This document shows positions 13,501-28,800 of a stretch of DNA of 64,000 nt, one piece after another. The translations under genes and the position numbers were made by a program. The notes under the pieces were generated by a model, which was not told the origin of the DNA, did not search any database, and saw only the letters and a program-made list of their open reading frames with translations. The first letter of the stretch is position 1. Each line of letters begins with the position of its first letter. This DNA is from Eledone cirrhosa (taxonomy: Eukaryota): the NCBI GenBank assembly GCA_964016885.1, contig OZ024742.1, positions 13,330,001 to 13,394,000 of the forward strand, read 5' to 3'.

Positions 13501-16500
13501 AAGGAAAATACTGGAGGATCAGTTAAATCAAATACTGGAGGATCAGTTAAAGGAAAATACTGAAGGAGCAGTTAAAGGAAAATACTGGAGGATCAGTTAA
13601 AAGAAAATACTGGAGGATTAGTTAAAATAAAATACTGGAGGATCAGTTAAAGGAAAATACTGGAGGATCAGTTATAATAAAATACTGGAGGAATATTTCA
13701 AGTAAAATACTGGAGGATCAGTAAAAATAAAATACTGGAGGATCAGTTAATGGTAAATACTGGAGGATCAGTTAAAATAAAATACTGGAGGATCAGTTAA
13801 AGGAAAATACTGGAGGATCAGTTAAAGGAAAATACTGGAGGATCAGATAAAGGAAAATTCTGGAGGATCAGTTAAAATAAAATACTGGAGGATCAATTAA
13901 AGGAAAATATTGGCGGATCAGTAAAAATAAAATACTGGAGGATCAGTTAAAGGAAAATACTGGAGGATCAGTTAAAATTAAATACTGGAGGATCAGTTAA
14001 ATAAAATACTGAAGCATCAGTTAAAATAAAATACTGGAGGATCAGTTAAAGGAAAAAACTGGAGGATCAGTAAAAAATAACATACTGGAGGATCAGTTAA
14101 AGGAAAATACTGGAGAATCAGTTAAAATAAAATACTGGAGGATCAGTTAAAGTAAAATTTGTGGAGGATCAGTTAAAATAAAAAACTGGAGGATCAGTAA
14201 AAGGAAAATACTGGAGGATCAGTTAAGATAAAATACTGGAGGATCAGTTAATGGAAAGTACTGGAAGATCAGTTAAAGAAAATACTGGAGGATCAGTTAA
14301 AGTAGAATACTGGAGGATCAGTTAAAATAAAATACTGGAGGATCAGTTAAAGGAAAATACTGGAGGATCAGCTAAAGGAAAATACTGGAGGATCAATTAA
14401 AGAAAATTACTGGAGGATCAGTTAAAGGGAAATATTTAAGGGTTAGTTAAAGAAAATACTGGAGGATCAGTTGAGTAAAATACTGGATAATCAGTTAAAA
14501 TAAAATACTGGGGGGTCAATTATAGGAAAATACTGGAGGATCAGTTAAATCAAATACTGGAGGATCAGTTAAAGGTAAATACTGAAGGATCAGTTAATGG
14601 AAAATACTGGAGGATCAGTTAAAGGAAAATACTGGAGGATCAGTTAAAGGAAAATACTGGAGGATCAGTTAAAATAAAATACTGAAGGATCAATTAAAGG
14701 AAAATACTGGAGGATCAGTTAAATAAAATACTGGAGGATCAGTTAAAGGAAAATACAAAGGATCAGTTAAAGGAAAATACTGGAGGATCAGTTAAAATAA
14801 AATACTGAAGGATCAATTAAAGGAAAATACTGGAGGATCAGTTAAATAAAATACTGGAGGATCAGTTAAATGAAAATACAAAGGATCAGCGAAAGGAAAA
14901 TACTGGAGGATCAGTTAAAGGCAAATACGGGAGGATCAAATAAAGGAAAATACTGGAGGATCAGTTAAAGGAAAATACTGGAGAATCAGTTAAAGGAAAA
15001 TACTGAAGGATCAGTTGAAAAAATATTGGAGGATCAGTTAAATCAAATACTGGAGGATCAGTTAAAGGGAAATACTTAAGGATCAGTTAAAGAAAATATT
15101 GGAGGATCAGTTAAGTAAAATACTGGAGGATCAGTTAAAATAAAATACAGGAGGATCAGTTAAAGGAAAATACTTTAGGATCAGTTAAAGGAAAATACTG
15201 GAGGATCTGTTAAATCAAATACTGGAGGATCAGTTAAAGGAAAATACTGAAGGAGCAGTTAAAGGAAAATACTGGAGGATCAGTTAAAAGAAAATACTGG
15301 AGGATTAGTTAAAATAAAATACTGGAGGATCAGTTAAAGGAAAATACTGGAGGATCATTTATAATAAAATACTGGAGGAATATTTCAAGTAAAATACTGG
15401 AGGATCAGTAAAAATAAAATACCGGAGGATCAGTTAATGGTAAATACTGGAGGATCAGTTAAAATAAAATACTGGAGGATCAGTTACAGGAAAATACTGG
15501 AGGATCAGTTAAAGGAAAATACTGGAGGATCAGATAAAGGAAAATTCTGGAGGATCAGCTAAAATAAAATACTGGAGGATCAATTAAAGGAAAATATTGG
15601 CGGATCAGTAAAAATAAAATACTGGAGGATCAGTTAAAGGAAAATACTGAAGCATCAGTTAAAACAAAACACTGGAGTATCAGTTAAAGGAAAATACTGG
15701 AGGATCAGTTAAAATAAAATACTAGAGGATCAGTTAAAGGAAAATACTTCAGGATCAGTTAAAGGAAAATACTGGAGGATCAGTTAAAGGAAAATGCTGG
15801 AGGATCAGTTGAAATAAAATACTGGAGTATCAGTTAAAGGAAAATACTGAAGGATCAGTTAAAATAAAATACTGGAGGATCAGTTAAAGGAAAAAACTGG
15901 AGGATCAGTTAAAATAAAATACTGGAGGATCAGTAAAGTAAAATACTGGAGGATCAGTTAAAGAAAATACTGGAGGAGCAGTTAAGTAAAATAATGGATG
16001 ATCAGTAAAAATAAAATACTGGAGGATCAGTTAAAGGAAAATACTGGAGGATTAGTTAAAATAAAATACTGGATGATCAGTTAAATGAAAATACTGGAGG
16101 ATCAGTTAAAGGAGAATACTGGAGGATCAGTTAATGGAAAATACTGGAGCATCAGTTAAAATAAAATACTGAAGGATCAATTAAAGGAAAATACTGGAGG
16201 ATCAGTTAAATAAAATACTGGAGGATCAGTTAATGGAAAATACAAAGGATCAGTTAAAGGAAAATACTGGAGGATCAGTTAAAATAAAATACTGGAGGAT
16301 CAGTTAAAGGCAAATACGGGAGGATCAAATAAAGGAAAATACTTGAGGATCAGTTAAAATAAAATACTGGAGGATCAGTTAAAGTAAAATACTGGAGGAT
16401 CAGTTAAAATAAAACACTGGAGGATCAGTAAAAGGAAAATACTGGAGGATCAGTTAAAATAAAATACTGGAGGATCAGTTAATGGAAAGTACTGGAAGAT

Positions 16501-18029
16501 CAGTTAAAGAAAATACTGGAGGATCAGTTAAAGTAAAATACTGGAGGATCAGTTAAAGGAAAATACTGGAGGATCAGTTAAAGGAAAATACTGGAGGATC
16601 AGTTAAAGGAAAATACTGGAGGATCAGTTAAATCAAATACTGGAGGATCAGTTAAAGGAAAATACTGAAGGATCAGTTAAAGGAAAATACTGGAGGATCA
16701 GTTAAAAGAAAATACTGGAGGATTAGTTAAAATAAAATACTGGAGGATCAGTTAAAGGAAAATACTGGAGGATCAGTTATAATAAAATACTGGAGGAATA
16801 TTTAAAGTAAAATACTTGAGGATCAGTAAAAATAAAATACTGGAGGATCAGTTAATGGTAAGTATTGGAGGATCAGTTAAAGGAAAATACTGGAGGATCA
16901 GTTAAAATAAAATACTGGAGGATCAGTTAAAGGAAAATACTGGAGGATCAGTTAAAGGAAAATACTGGAGGATCAGTCAAAGAAAAATACTGGAGCATCA
17001 GTTAAAGGGAAATTGTTAAGGATCAGTTAAAGAAAATACTGGAGGATCAGTTAAGTAAAATACTGGAGGATCAGTTAAAATAAAATACTGGGGGATCAAT
17101 TAAAGGAAAATACTGGAGGATCAGTTAAATCAAATACTGGAGGATCAGTTAAAGGTAAATACTGAAGGATCAGTTAATGGAAAATACTGGAGGATCAGTT
17201 AATGGAAAATACTGGAGGATCAGTTAAAGGAAAATACTGGAGGATCAGTTAAATGAAAATACTGGAGGATCAGTTAAAGGAAAATACTGGAGGATCAGTT
17301 AAAGGAAAATACTGGAGGATCAGTTAAAATAAAATACTGAAGGATCAATTAAAGGAAAATACTGGAGGATCAGTTAAATAAAATACTGGAGGATCAGTTA
17401 AAGGAAAATACAAAGGATCACCTAAAGGAAAATACTGGAGGATCAGTTAAAATAAAATACTGGAGGATCAGTTAAAGGCAAATACGGGAGGATCAAATAA
17501 AGAAAATACTGGAGGATCAGTTAAAGGAAAATACTGGAGGATTAGTTAAAGGAAAATACTGGAGAATCAGTTAAAGGAAAATACTGAAGGATCAGTTAAA
17601 GAAAATATTGGAGGATCAGTTAAGTAAAATACTGGAGGATCAGTTAAAATAAAATACTGGAGGATCAGTAAAAGGAAAATACTTGAGGATCAGTTAAAGG
17701 AAAATACTGGAGGATCAGTTAAATCAAATACTGGAGGATCAGTTAAAGGAAAATACTGAAGGAGCAGTTAAAGGAAAATACTGGAGGATTAGTTAAAATA
17801 AAATACTGGAGGATCAGTAAAAATAAAATACTGGAGGATCAGTTAATGGTAAATACTGGAGGATCAGTTAAAATAAAATACTGGAGGACCATTTAAAGGA
17901 AAATACTGGAGGATCAGTTAAAGGAAAATACTGGAGGATCAGATAAAGGAAAATTCTGGAGGATCAGTTAAAATAAAATACTGGAGGATCAATTAAAGGA
18001 AAATATTGGCGGATCAGTAAAAATAAAAT

Positions 18030-21000
18030 ACTGGAGGATCAGTTAAAGGAAAATACTGGAGGATCAGTTAAAATTAAATACTGGAGGATCAGTTAAATAA
18101 AATACTGAAGCATCAGTTAAAACAAAACACTGGAGTATCAGTTAAGGAAAATACTGTAGGATCAGTTAAAATAAAATACTAGAGGATCAGTTAAAGGAAA
18201 ATACTTCAGGATCAGTTAAAGGAAAATACTGGAGGATCAGTTAAAGGAAAATGCTGGAGGATCAGTTAAAATAAAATACTGGAGGATCAGTTAATGGAAA
18301 GTACTGGAAGATCAGTTAAAGAAAATACTGGAGGATCAGTTAAAGTAAAATACTGGAGGATCAGTTAAAATAAAATACTGGAGGACCAGTTAAAGGAAAA
18401 TACTGGAGGATCAGTTAAAGGAAAATACTGGAGGATCAGTCAAAGAAAAATACTGGAGCATCAGTTAAAGGGAAATTGTTAAGGATCAGTTAAAGAAAAT
18501 ACTGGAGGATCAGTTAAGTAAAATACTGGAGGATCAGTTAAAATAAAATACTGGGGGATCAATTAAAGGGAAATACTGGAGGATCAGTTAAATCAAATAC
18601 TGGAGGATCAGTTAAAGGTAAATACTGGAGGATCAGTTAATGGAAAATACTGGAGGATCAGTTAATGGAAAATACTGGAGGATCAGTTAAAGGAAAATAC
18701 TGGAGGATCAGTTAAATAAAATACTGGAGGATCAGTTAAAGGAAAATACAAAGGATCAGTTAAAGGAAAATACTGGAGGATCAGTAAAAATAAAATACTG
18801 AAGGATCAATTAAAGGAAAATACTGGAGGATCAGTTAAATAAAATACTGGAGGATCAGATAAAGGAAAATACAAAGGATCACCTAAAGGAAAATACTGGA
18901 GGATCAGTTAAAATAAAATACTGGAGGATTAGTTAAAGGCAAATACGGGAGGATCAAATAAAGGAAAATACTGGAGGATCAGTTAAAGGAAAATACTGGA
19001 GGATTAGTTAAAGGAAAATACTGGAGAATCAGTTAAAGGAAAATACTGAAGGATCAGTTAAAGAAAATATTGGAGGATCAGTTAAATCAAATACTGGAGG
19101 ATCAGTTAAAGGGAAATACTTAAGGATCAGTTAAAGAAAATATTGGAGGAATATTTCAAGTAAAATACTGGAGGATCAGTAAAAATAAAATACTGGAGGA
19201 TCAGTTAATGGTAAATACTGGAGGATCAGTTAAAATAAAATACTGGAGGATCAGTTAAAGGAAAATACTGGAGGATCAGTTAAAGGAAAATACTGGAGGA
19301 TCAGATAAAGGAAAATTCTGGAGGATCAGTTAAAATAAAATACTGGAGGATCAATTAAAGGAAAATATTGGCGGATCAGTAAAAATAAAATACTGGAGGA
19401 TCAGTTAAAGGAAAATACTTCAGGATCAGTTAAAGGAAAATACTGGAGGATCAGTTAAAGGAAAATGCTGGAGGATCAGTTGAAATAAAATACTGGAGTA
19501 TCAGTTAAAGGAAAATACTGAAGGATCAGTTAAAATAAAATACTGGAGGATCAGTTAAAGGAAAAAACTGGAGGATCAGTTAAAATAAAATACTGGAGGA
19601 TCAGTAAAGTAAAATACTGGAGGATCAGTTAAAGAAAATACTGGAGGAGCAGTTAAGTAAAATAATGGATGATCAGTAAAAATAAAATACTGGAGGATCA
19701 GTTAAAGGAAAATACTGGAGGATTAGTTAAAATAAAATACTGGATGATCAGTTAAATGAAAATACTGGAGGATCAGTTAAAGGAGAATACTGGAGGATCA
19801 GTTAATGGAAAATACTGGAGCATCAGTTAAAATAAAATACTGAAGGATCAATTAAAGGAAAATACTGGAGGATCAGTTAAATAAAATACTGGAGGATCAG
19901 TTAATGGAAAATACAAAGGATCAGTTAAAGGAAAATACTGGAGGATCAGTTAAAATAAAATACTGGAGGATCAGTTAAAGGCAAATACGGGAGGATCAAA
20001 TAAAGGAAAATACTTGAGGATCAGTTAAAATAAAATACTGGAGGATCAGTTAAAGTAAAATACTGGAGGATCAGTTAAAATAAAACACTGGAGGATCAGT
20101 AAAAGGAAAATACTGGAGGATCAGTTAAAATAAAATACTGGAGGATCAGTTAATGGAAAGTACTGGAAGATCAGTTAAAGAAAATACTGGAGGATCAGTT
20201 AAAGTAAAATACTGGAGGATCAGTTAAAGGAAAATACTGGAGGATCAGTTAAAGGAAAATACTGGAGGATCAGTTAAAGGAAAATACTGGAGGATCAGTT
20301 AAATTAAATACTGGAGGATCAGTTAAAGGAAAATACTGAAGGATCAGTTAAAGGAAAATACTGGAGGATCAGTTAAAAGAAAATACTGGAGGATTAGTTA
20401 AAATAAAATACTGGAGGATCAGTTAAAGGAAAATACTGGAGGATCAGTTATAATAAAATACTGGAGGAATATTTAAAGTAAAATACTTGAGGATCAGTAA
20501 AAATAAAATACTGGAGGATCAGTTAATGGTAAGTATTGGAGGATCAGTTAAAGGAAAATACTGGAGGATCAGTTAAAATAAAATACTGGAGGATCAGTTA
20601 AAGGAAAATACTGGAGGATCAGTTAAAGGAAAATACTGGAGGATCAGTCAAAGAAAAATACTGGAGCATCAGTTAAAGGGAAATTGTTAAGGATCAGTTA
20701 AAGAAAATACTGGAGGATCAGTTAAGTAAAATACTGGAGGATCAGTTAAAATAAAATACTGGGGGATCAATTAAAGGAAAATACTGGAGGATCAGTTAAA
20801 TCAAATACTGGAGGATCAGTTAAAGGTAAATACTGAAGGATCAGTTAATGGAAAATACTGGAGGATCAGTTAATGGAAAATACTGGAGGATCAGTTAAAG
20901 GAAAATACTGGAGGATCAGTTAAATGAAAATACTGGAGGATCAGTTAAAGGAAAATACTGGAGGATCAGTTAAAGGAAAATACTGGAGGATCAGTTAAAA

Positions 21001-24000
21001 TAAAATACTGAAGGATCAATTAAAGGAAAATACTGGAGGATCAGTTAAAGGAAAATACAAAGGATCAGTTAAAGGAAAATACTGGAGGATCAGTTAAAAT
21101 AAAATACTGAAGGATCAATTAAAGGAAAATACTGGAGGATCAGTTAAATAAAATACTGGAGGATCAGTTAAAGGAAAATACAAAGGATCACCTAAAGGAA
21201 AATACTGGAGGATCAGTTAAAATAAAATACTGGAGGATCAGTTAAAGGCAAATACGGGAGGATCAAATAAAGAAAATACTGGAGGATCAGTTAAAGGAAA
21301 ATACTGGAGGATTAGTTAAAGGAAAATACTGGAGAATCAGTTAAAGGAAAATACTGAAGGATCAGTTAAAGAAAATATTGGAGGATCAGTTAAATCAAAT
21401 ACTGGAGGATCAGTTAAAGGGAAATACTTAAGGATCAGTTAAAGAAAATATTGGAGGATCAGTTAAGTAAAATACTGGAGGATCAGTTAAAATAAAATAC
21501 TGGAGGATCAGTAAAAGGAAAATACTTGAGGATCAGTTAAAGGAAAATACTGGAGGATCAGTTAAATCAAATACTGGAGGATCAGTTAAAGGAAAATACT
21601 GAAGGAGCAGTTAAAGGAAAATACTGGAGGATTAGTTAAAATAAAATACTGGAGGATCAGTAAAAATAAAATACTGGAGGATCAGTTAATGGTAAATACT
21701 GGAGGATCAGTTAAAATAAAATACTGGAGGATCAGTTAAAGGAAAATACTGGAGGATCAGTTAAAGGAAAATACTGGAGGATCAGTTAAAATTAAATACT
21801 GGAGGATCAGTTAAATAAAATACTGAAGCATCAGTTAAAACAAAACACTGGAGTATCAGTTAAGGAAAATACTGTAGGATCAGTTAAAATAAAATACTAG
21901 AGGATCAGTTAAAGGAAAATACTTCAGGATCAGTTAAAGGAAAATACTGGAGGATCAGTTAAAGGAAAATGCTGGAGGATCAGTTAAAATAAAATACTGG
22001 AGGATCAGTTAATGGAAAGTACTGGAAGATCAGTTAAAGAAAATACTGGAGGATCAGTTAAAGTAAAATACTGGAGGATCAGTTAAAATAAAATACTGGA
22101 GGACCAGTTAAAGGAAAATACTGGAGGATCAGTTAAAGGAAAATACTGGAGGATCAGTCAAAGAAAAATACTGGAGCATCAGTTAAAGGGAAATTGTTAA
22201 GGATCAGTTAAAGAAAATACTGGAGGATCAGTTAAGTAAAATACTGGAGGATCAGTTAAAATAAAATACTGGGGGATCAATTAAAGGGAAATACTGGAGG
22301 ATCAGTTAAATCAAATACTGGAGGATCAGTTAAAGGTAAATACTGGAGGATCAGTTAATGGAAAATACTGGAGGATCAGTTAATGGAAAATACTGGAGGA
22401 TCAGTTAAAGGAAAATACTGGAGGATCAGTTAAATAAAATACTGGAGGATCAGTTAAAGGAAAATACAAAGGATCAGTTAAAGGAAAATACTGGAGGATC
22501 AGTAAAAATAAAATACTGAAGGATCAATTAAAGGAAAATACTGGAGGATCAGTTAAATAAAATACTGGAGGATCAGATAAAGGAAAATACAAAGGATCAC
22601 CTAAAGGAAAATACTGGAGGATCAGTTAAAATAAAATACTGGAGGATTAGTTAAAGGCAAATACGGGAGGATCAAATAAAGGAAAATACTGGAGGATCAG
22701 TTAAAGGAAAATACTGGAGGATTAGTTAAAGGAAAATACTGGAGAATCAGTTAAAGGAAAATACTGAAGGATCAGTTAAAGAAAATATTGGAGGATCAGT
22801 TAAATCAAATACTGGAGGATCAGTTAAAGGGAAATACTTAAGGATCAGTTAAAGAAAATATTGGAGGAATATTTCAAGTAAAATACTGGAGGATCAGTAA
22901 AAATAAAATACTGGAGGATCAGTTAATGGTAAATACTGGAGGATCAGTTAAAATAAAATACTGGAGGATCAGTTAAAGGAAAATACTGGAGGATCAGTTA
23001 AAGGAAAATACTGGAGGATCAGATAAAGGAAAATTCTGGAGGATCAGTTAAAATAAAATACTGGAGGATCAATTAAAGGAAAATATTGGCGGATCAGTAA
23101 AAATAAAATACTGGAGGATCAGTTAAAGGAAAATACTTCAGGATCAGTTAAAGGAAAATACTGGAGGATCAGTTAAAGGAAAATGCTGGAGGATCAGTTG
23201 AAATAAAATACTGGAGTATCAGTTAAAGGAAAATACTGAAGGATCAGTTAAAATAAAATACTGGAGGATCAGTTAAAGGAAAAAACTGGAGGATCAGTTA
23301 AAATAAAATACTGGAGGATCAGTAAAGTAAAATACTGGAGGATCAGTTAAAGAAAATACTGGAGGAGCAGTTAAGTAAAATAATGGATGATCAGTAAAAA
23401 TAAAATACTGGAGGATCAGTTAAAGGAAAATACTGGAGGATTAGTTAAAATAAAATACTGGATGATCAGTTAAATGAAAATACTGGAGGATCAGTTAAAG
23501 GAGAATACTGGAGGATCAGTTAATGGAAAATACTGGAGCATCAGTTAAAATAAAATACTGAAGGATCAATTAAAGGAAAATACTGGAGGATCAGTTAAAT
23601 AAAATACTGGAGGATCAGTTAATGGAAAATACAAAGGATCAGTTAAAGGAAAATACTGGAGGATCAGTTAAAATAAAATACTGGAGGATCAGTTAAAGGC
23701 AAATACGGGAGGATCAAATAAAGGAAAATACTTGAGGATCAGTTAAAATAAAATACTGGAGGATCAGTTAAAGTAAAATACTGGAGGATCAGTTAAAATA
23801 AAACACTGGAGGATCAGTAAAAGGAAAATACTGGAGGATCAGTTAAAATAAAATACTGGAGGATCAGTTAATGGAAAGTACTGGAAGATCAGTTAAAGAA
23901 AATACTGGAGGATCAGTTAAAGTAAAATACTGGAGGATCAGTTAAAGGAAAATACTGGAGGATCAGTTAAAGGAAAATACTGGAGGATCAGTTAAAGGAA

Positions 24001-25503
24001 AATACTGGAGGATCAGTTAAATTAAATACTGGAGGATCAGTTAAAGGAAAATACTGAAGGATCAGTTAAAGGAAAATACTGGAGGATCAGTTAAAAGAAA
24101 ATACTGGAGGATTAGTTAAAATAAAATACTGGAGGATCAGTTAAAGGAAAATACTGGAGGATCAGTTATAATAAAATACTGGAGGAATATTTAAAGTAAA
24201 ATACTTGAGGATCAGTAAAAATAAAATACTGGAGGATCAGTTAATGGTAAGTATTGGAGGATCAGTTAAAGGAAAATACTGGAGGATCAGTTAAAATAAA
24301 ATACTGGAGGATCAGTTAAAGGAAAATACTGGAGGATCAGTTAAAGGAAAATACTGGAGGATCAGTCAAAGAAAAATACTGGAGCATCAGTTAAAGGGAA
24401 ATTGTTAAGGATCAGTTAAAGAAAATACTGGAGGATCAGTTAAGTAAAATACTGGAGGATCAGTTAAAATAAAATACTGGGGGATCAATTAAAGGAAAAT
24501 ACTGGAGGATCAGTTAAATCAAATACTGGAGGATCAGTTAAAGGTAAATACTGAAGGATCAGTTAATGGAAAATACTGGAGGATCAGTTAATGGAAAATA
24601 CTGGAGGATCAGTTAAAGGAAAATACTGGAGGATCAGTTAAATGAAAATACTGGAGGATCAGTTAAAGGAAAATACTGGAGGATCAGTTAAAGGAAAATA
24701 CTGGAGGATCAGTTAAAATAAAATACTGAAGGATCAATTAAAGGAAAATACTGGAGGATCAGTTAAAGGAAAATACAAAGGATCAGTTAAAGGAAAATAC
24801 TGGAGGATCAGTTAAAATAAAATACTGAAGGATCAATTAAAGGAAAATACTGGAGGATCAGTTAAATAAAATACTGGAGGATCAGTTAAAGGAAAATACA
24901 AAGGATCACCTAAAGGAAAATACTGGAGGATCAGTTAAAATAAAATACTGGAGGATCAGTTAAAGGCAAATACGGGAGGATCAAATAAAGAAAATACTGG
25001 AGGATCAGTTAAAGGAAAATACTGGAGGATTAGTTAAAGGAAAATACTGGAGAATCAGTTAAAGGAAAATACTGAAGGATCAGTTAAAGAAAATATTGGA
25101 GGATCAGTTAAATCAAATACTGGAGGATCAGTTAAAGGGAAATACTTAAGGATCAGTTAAAGAAAATATTGGAGGATCAGTTAAGTAAAATACTGGAGGA
25201 TCAGTTAAAATAAAATACTGGAGGATCAGTAAAAGGAAAATACTTGAGGATCAGTTAAAGGAAAATACTGGAGGATCAGTTAAATCAAATACTGGAGGAT
25301 CAGTTAAAGGAAAATACTGAAGGAGCAGTTAAAGGAAAATACTGGAGGATTAGTTAAAATAAAATACTGGAGGATCAGTAAAAATAAAATACTGGAGGAT
25401 CAGTTAATGGTAAATACTGGAGGATCAGTTAAAATAAAATACTGGAGGATCAGTTAAAGGAAAATACTGGAGGATCAGTTAAAGGAAAATACTGGAGGAT
25501 CAG
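18030..25503 (+). repeat. Near-identical tandem duplication with a 3718-bp period (two copies)
   Basis: AATTAAAGGG at 18561/22279, TATTGGAGGAATATTTC at 19141/22859 and AAATTAAATA at 20301/24019 all give an offset of 3718. The match breaks near 18030 and 25503. Confidence 0.92.
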
Positions 25504-28500
25504 ATAAAGGAAAATTCTGGAGGATCAGTTAAAATAAAATACTGGAGGATCAATTAAAGGAAAATATTGGCGGATCAGTAAAAATAAAATACTGGAGGAT
25601 CAGTTAAAGGAAAATACTGGAGGATCAGTTAAAATTAAATACTGGAGGATCAGTTAAATAAAATACTGAAGCATCAGTTAAAACAAAACACTGGAGTATC
25701 AGTTAAGGAAAATACTGTAGGATCAGTTAAAATAAAATACTAGAGGATCAGTTAAAAGAAAATACTTCAGGATCAGTTAAAGGAAAATACTGGAGGATCA
25801 GTTAAAGGAAAATGCTGGAGGATCAGTTAAAATAAAATACTGGAGGATCAGTTAATGGAAAGTACTGGAAGATCAGTTAAAGAAAATACTGGAGGATCAG
25901 TTAAAGTAAAATACTGGAGGATCAGTTAAAATAAAATACTGGAGGGCCAGTTAAAGGAAAATACTGGAGGATCAGTTAAAGGAAAATACTGGAGGATCAG
26001 TCAAAGAAAAATACTGGAGCATCAGTTAAAGGGAAATTGTTAAGGATCAGTTAAAGAAAATACTGGAGAATCAGTTAAGTAAAATACTGGGGGATCAGTT
26101 AAAATAAAATACTGGGGGATCAATTAAAGGAAAATACTGGAGGATCAGTTAAATCAAATACTGGAGGATCAGTTAAAGGTAAATACTGGAGGATCAGTTA
26201 AATCAAATACTGGAGGATCAGTTAAAGGAAAATACTGGAGGATTAGTTAAAATAAAATACTGGAGGATCAGTAAAAATAAAATACTGGAGGATCAGTTAA
26301 TGGTAAATAATGGAGGATCAGTTAAAATAAAATACTGGAGGATCAGTTAAAGGAAAATACTGGAGGATCAGTTAAAGGAAAATACTGGAGGATCAGATAA
26401 AGGAAAATTCTGGAGGATCAGTTAAAATAAAATACTGGAGGATCAATTAAAGGAAAATATTGGCGGATCAGTAAAAATAAAATACTGGAGGATCAGTTAA
26501 AGGAAAATACTGGAGGATCAGTTAAAATTAAATACTGGAGGATCAGTTAAATAAAATACTGAAGCATCAGTTAAAACAAAACACTGGAGTATCAGTTAAG
26601 GAAAATACTGTAGGATCAGTTAAAATAAAATACTAGAGGATCAGTTAAAGGAAAATACTTCAGGATCAGTTAAAGGAAAATACTGGAGGATCAGTTAAAG
26701 GAAAATGCTGGAGGATCAGTTAAAATAAAATACTGGAGGATCAGTTAATGGAAAGTACTGGAAGATCAGTTAAAGAAAATACTGGATGATCAGTTAAAGT
26801 AAAATACTGGAGGATCAGTTAAAATAAAATACTGGAGGACCAGTTAAAGGAAAATACTGGAGGATCAGTTAAAGGAAAATACTGGAGGATCAGTCAAAGA
26901 AAAATACTGGAGCATCAGTTAAAGGGAAATTGTTAAGGATCAGTTAAAGAAAATACTGGAGGATCAGTTAAGTAAAATACTGGAGGATCAGTTAAAATAA
27001 AATACTGGGGGATCAATTAAAGGAAAATACTGGAGGATCAGTTAAATCAAATACTGGAGGATCAGTTAAAGGTAAATACTGGAGGATCAGTTAATGGAAA
27101 ATACTGGAGGATCAGTTAATGGAAAATACTGGAGGATCAGTTAAAGGAAAATACTGGAGGATCAGTTAAAGGAAAATACTGGAGGATCAGTTAAAGGAAA
27201 ATACTGGAGGATCAGATAAAGGAAAATTCTGGAGGATCAGTTAAAATAAAATACTGGAGGATCAATTAAAGGAAAATATTGGCGGATCAGTAAAAATAAA
27301 ATACTGGAGGATCAGTTAAAGGAAAATACTGGAGGATCAGTTAAAATTAAATACTGGAGGATCAGTTAAATAAAATACTGAAGCATCAGTTAAAACAAAA
27401 CACTGGAGTATCAGTTAAGGAAAATACTGTAGGATCAGTTAAAATAAAATACTAGAGGATCAGTTAAAAGAAAATACTTCAGGATCAGTTAAAGGAAAAT
27501 ACTGGAGGATCAGTTAAAGGAAAATGCTGGAGGATCAGTTAAAATAAAATACTGGAGGATCAGTTAATGGAAAGTACTGGAAGATCAGTTAAAGAAAATA
27601 CTGGAGGATCAGTTAAAGTAAAATACTGGAGGATCAGTTAAAATAAAATACTGGAGGGCCAGTTAAAGGAAAATACTGGAGGATCAGTTAAAGGAAAATA
27701 CTGGAGGATCAGTCAAAGAAAAATACTGGAGCATCAGTTAAAGGGAAATTGTTAAGGATCAGTTAAAGAAAATACTGGAGGATCAGTTAAGTAAAATACT
27801 GGGGGATCAGTTAAAATAAAATACTGGGGGATCAATTAAAGGAAAATACTGGAGGATCAGTTAAATCAAATACTGGAGGATCAGTTAAAGGTAAATACTG
27901 GAGGATCAGTTAAATCAAATACTGGAGGATCAGTTAAAGGAAAATACTGAAGGAGCAGTTAAAGGAAAATACTGGAGGATTAGTTAAAATAAAATACTGG
28001 AGGATCAGTAAAAATAAAATACTGGAGGATCAGTTAATGGTAAATAATGGAGGATCAGTTAAAATAAAATACTGGAGGATCAGTTAAAGGAAAATACTGG
28101 AGGATCAGTTAAAGGAAAATACTGGAGGATCAGATAAAGGAAAATTCTGGAGGATCAGTTAAAATAAAATACTGGAGGATCAATTAAAGGAAAATATTGG
28201 CGGATCAGTAAAAATAAAATACTGGAAGATCAGTTAAAGGAAAATACTGGAGGATCAGTTAAAATTAAATACTGGAGGATCAGTTAAATAAAATACTGAA
28301 GCATCAGTTAAAACAAAACACTGGAGTATCAGTTAAGGAAAATACTGTAGGATCAGTTAAAATAAAATACTAGAGGATCAGTTAAAGGAAAATACTTCAG
28401 GATCAGTTAAAGGAAAATACTGGAGGATCAGTTAAAGGAAAATGCTGGAGGATCAGTTACAATAAAATACTGGAGGATCAGTTAATGGAAAGTACTGGAA

Positions 28501-28800
28501 GATCAGTTAAAGAAAATACTGGAGGATCAGTTAAAGTAAAATACTGGAGGATCAGTTAAAATAAAATACTGGAGGACCAGTTAAAGGAAAATACTGGAGG
28601 ATCAGTTAAAGGAAAATACTGGAGGATCAGTCAAAGAAAAATACTGGAGCATCAGTTAAAGGGAAATTGTTAAGGATCAGTTAAAGAAAATACTGGAGGA
28701 TCAGTTAAGTAAAATACTGGAGGATCAGTTAAAATAAAATACTGGGGGATCAATTAAAGGAAAATACTGGAGGATCAGTTAAATCAAATACTGGAGGATC
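25400..28800 (+). repeat. Four successive ~0.8-0.9 kb sub-blocks arranged as two ~1.7 kb dimers
   Basis: CAGATAAAGGAAAATTC is at 25501, 26394, 27213 and 28131. GGAGGGCC is at 25941/27653 and TAAATAATGG at 26304/28041. Confidence 0.8.
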
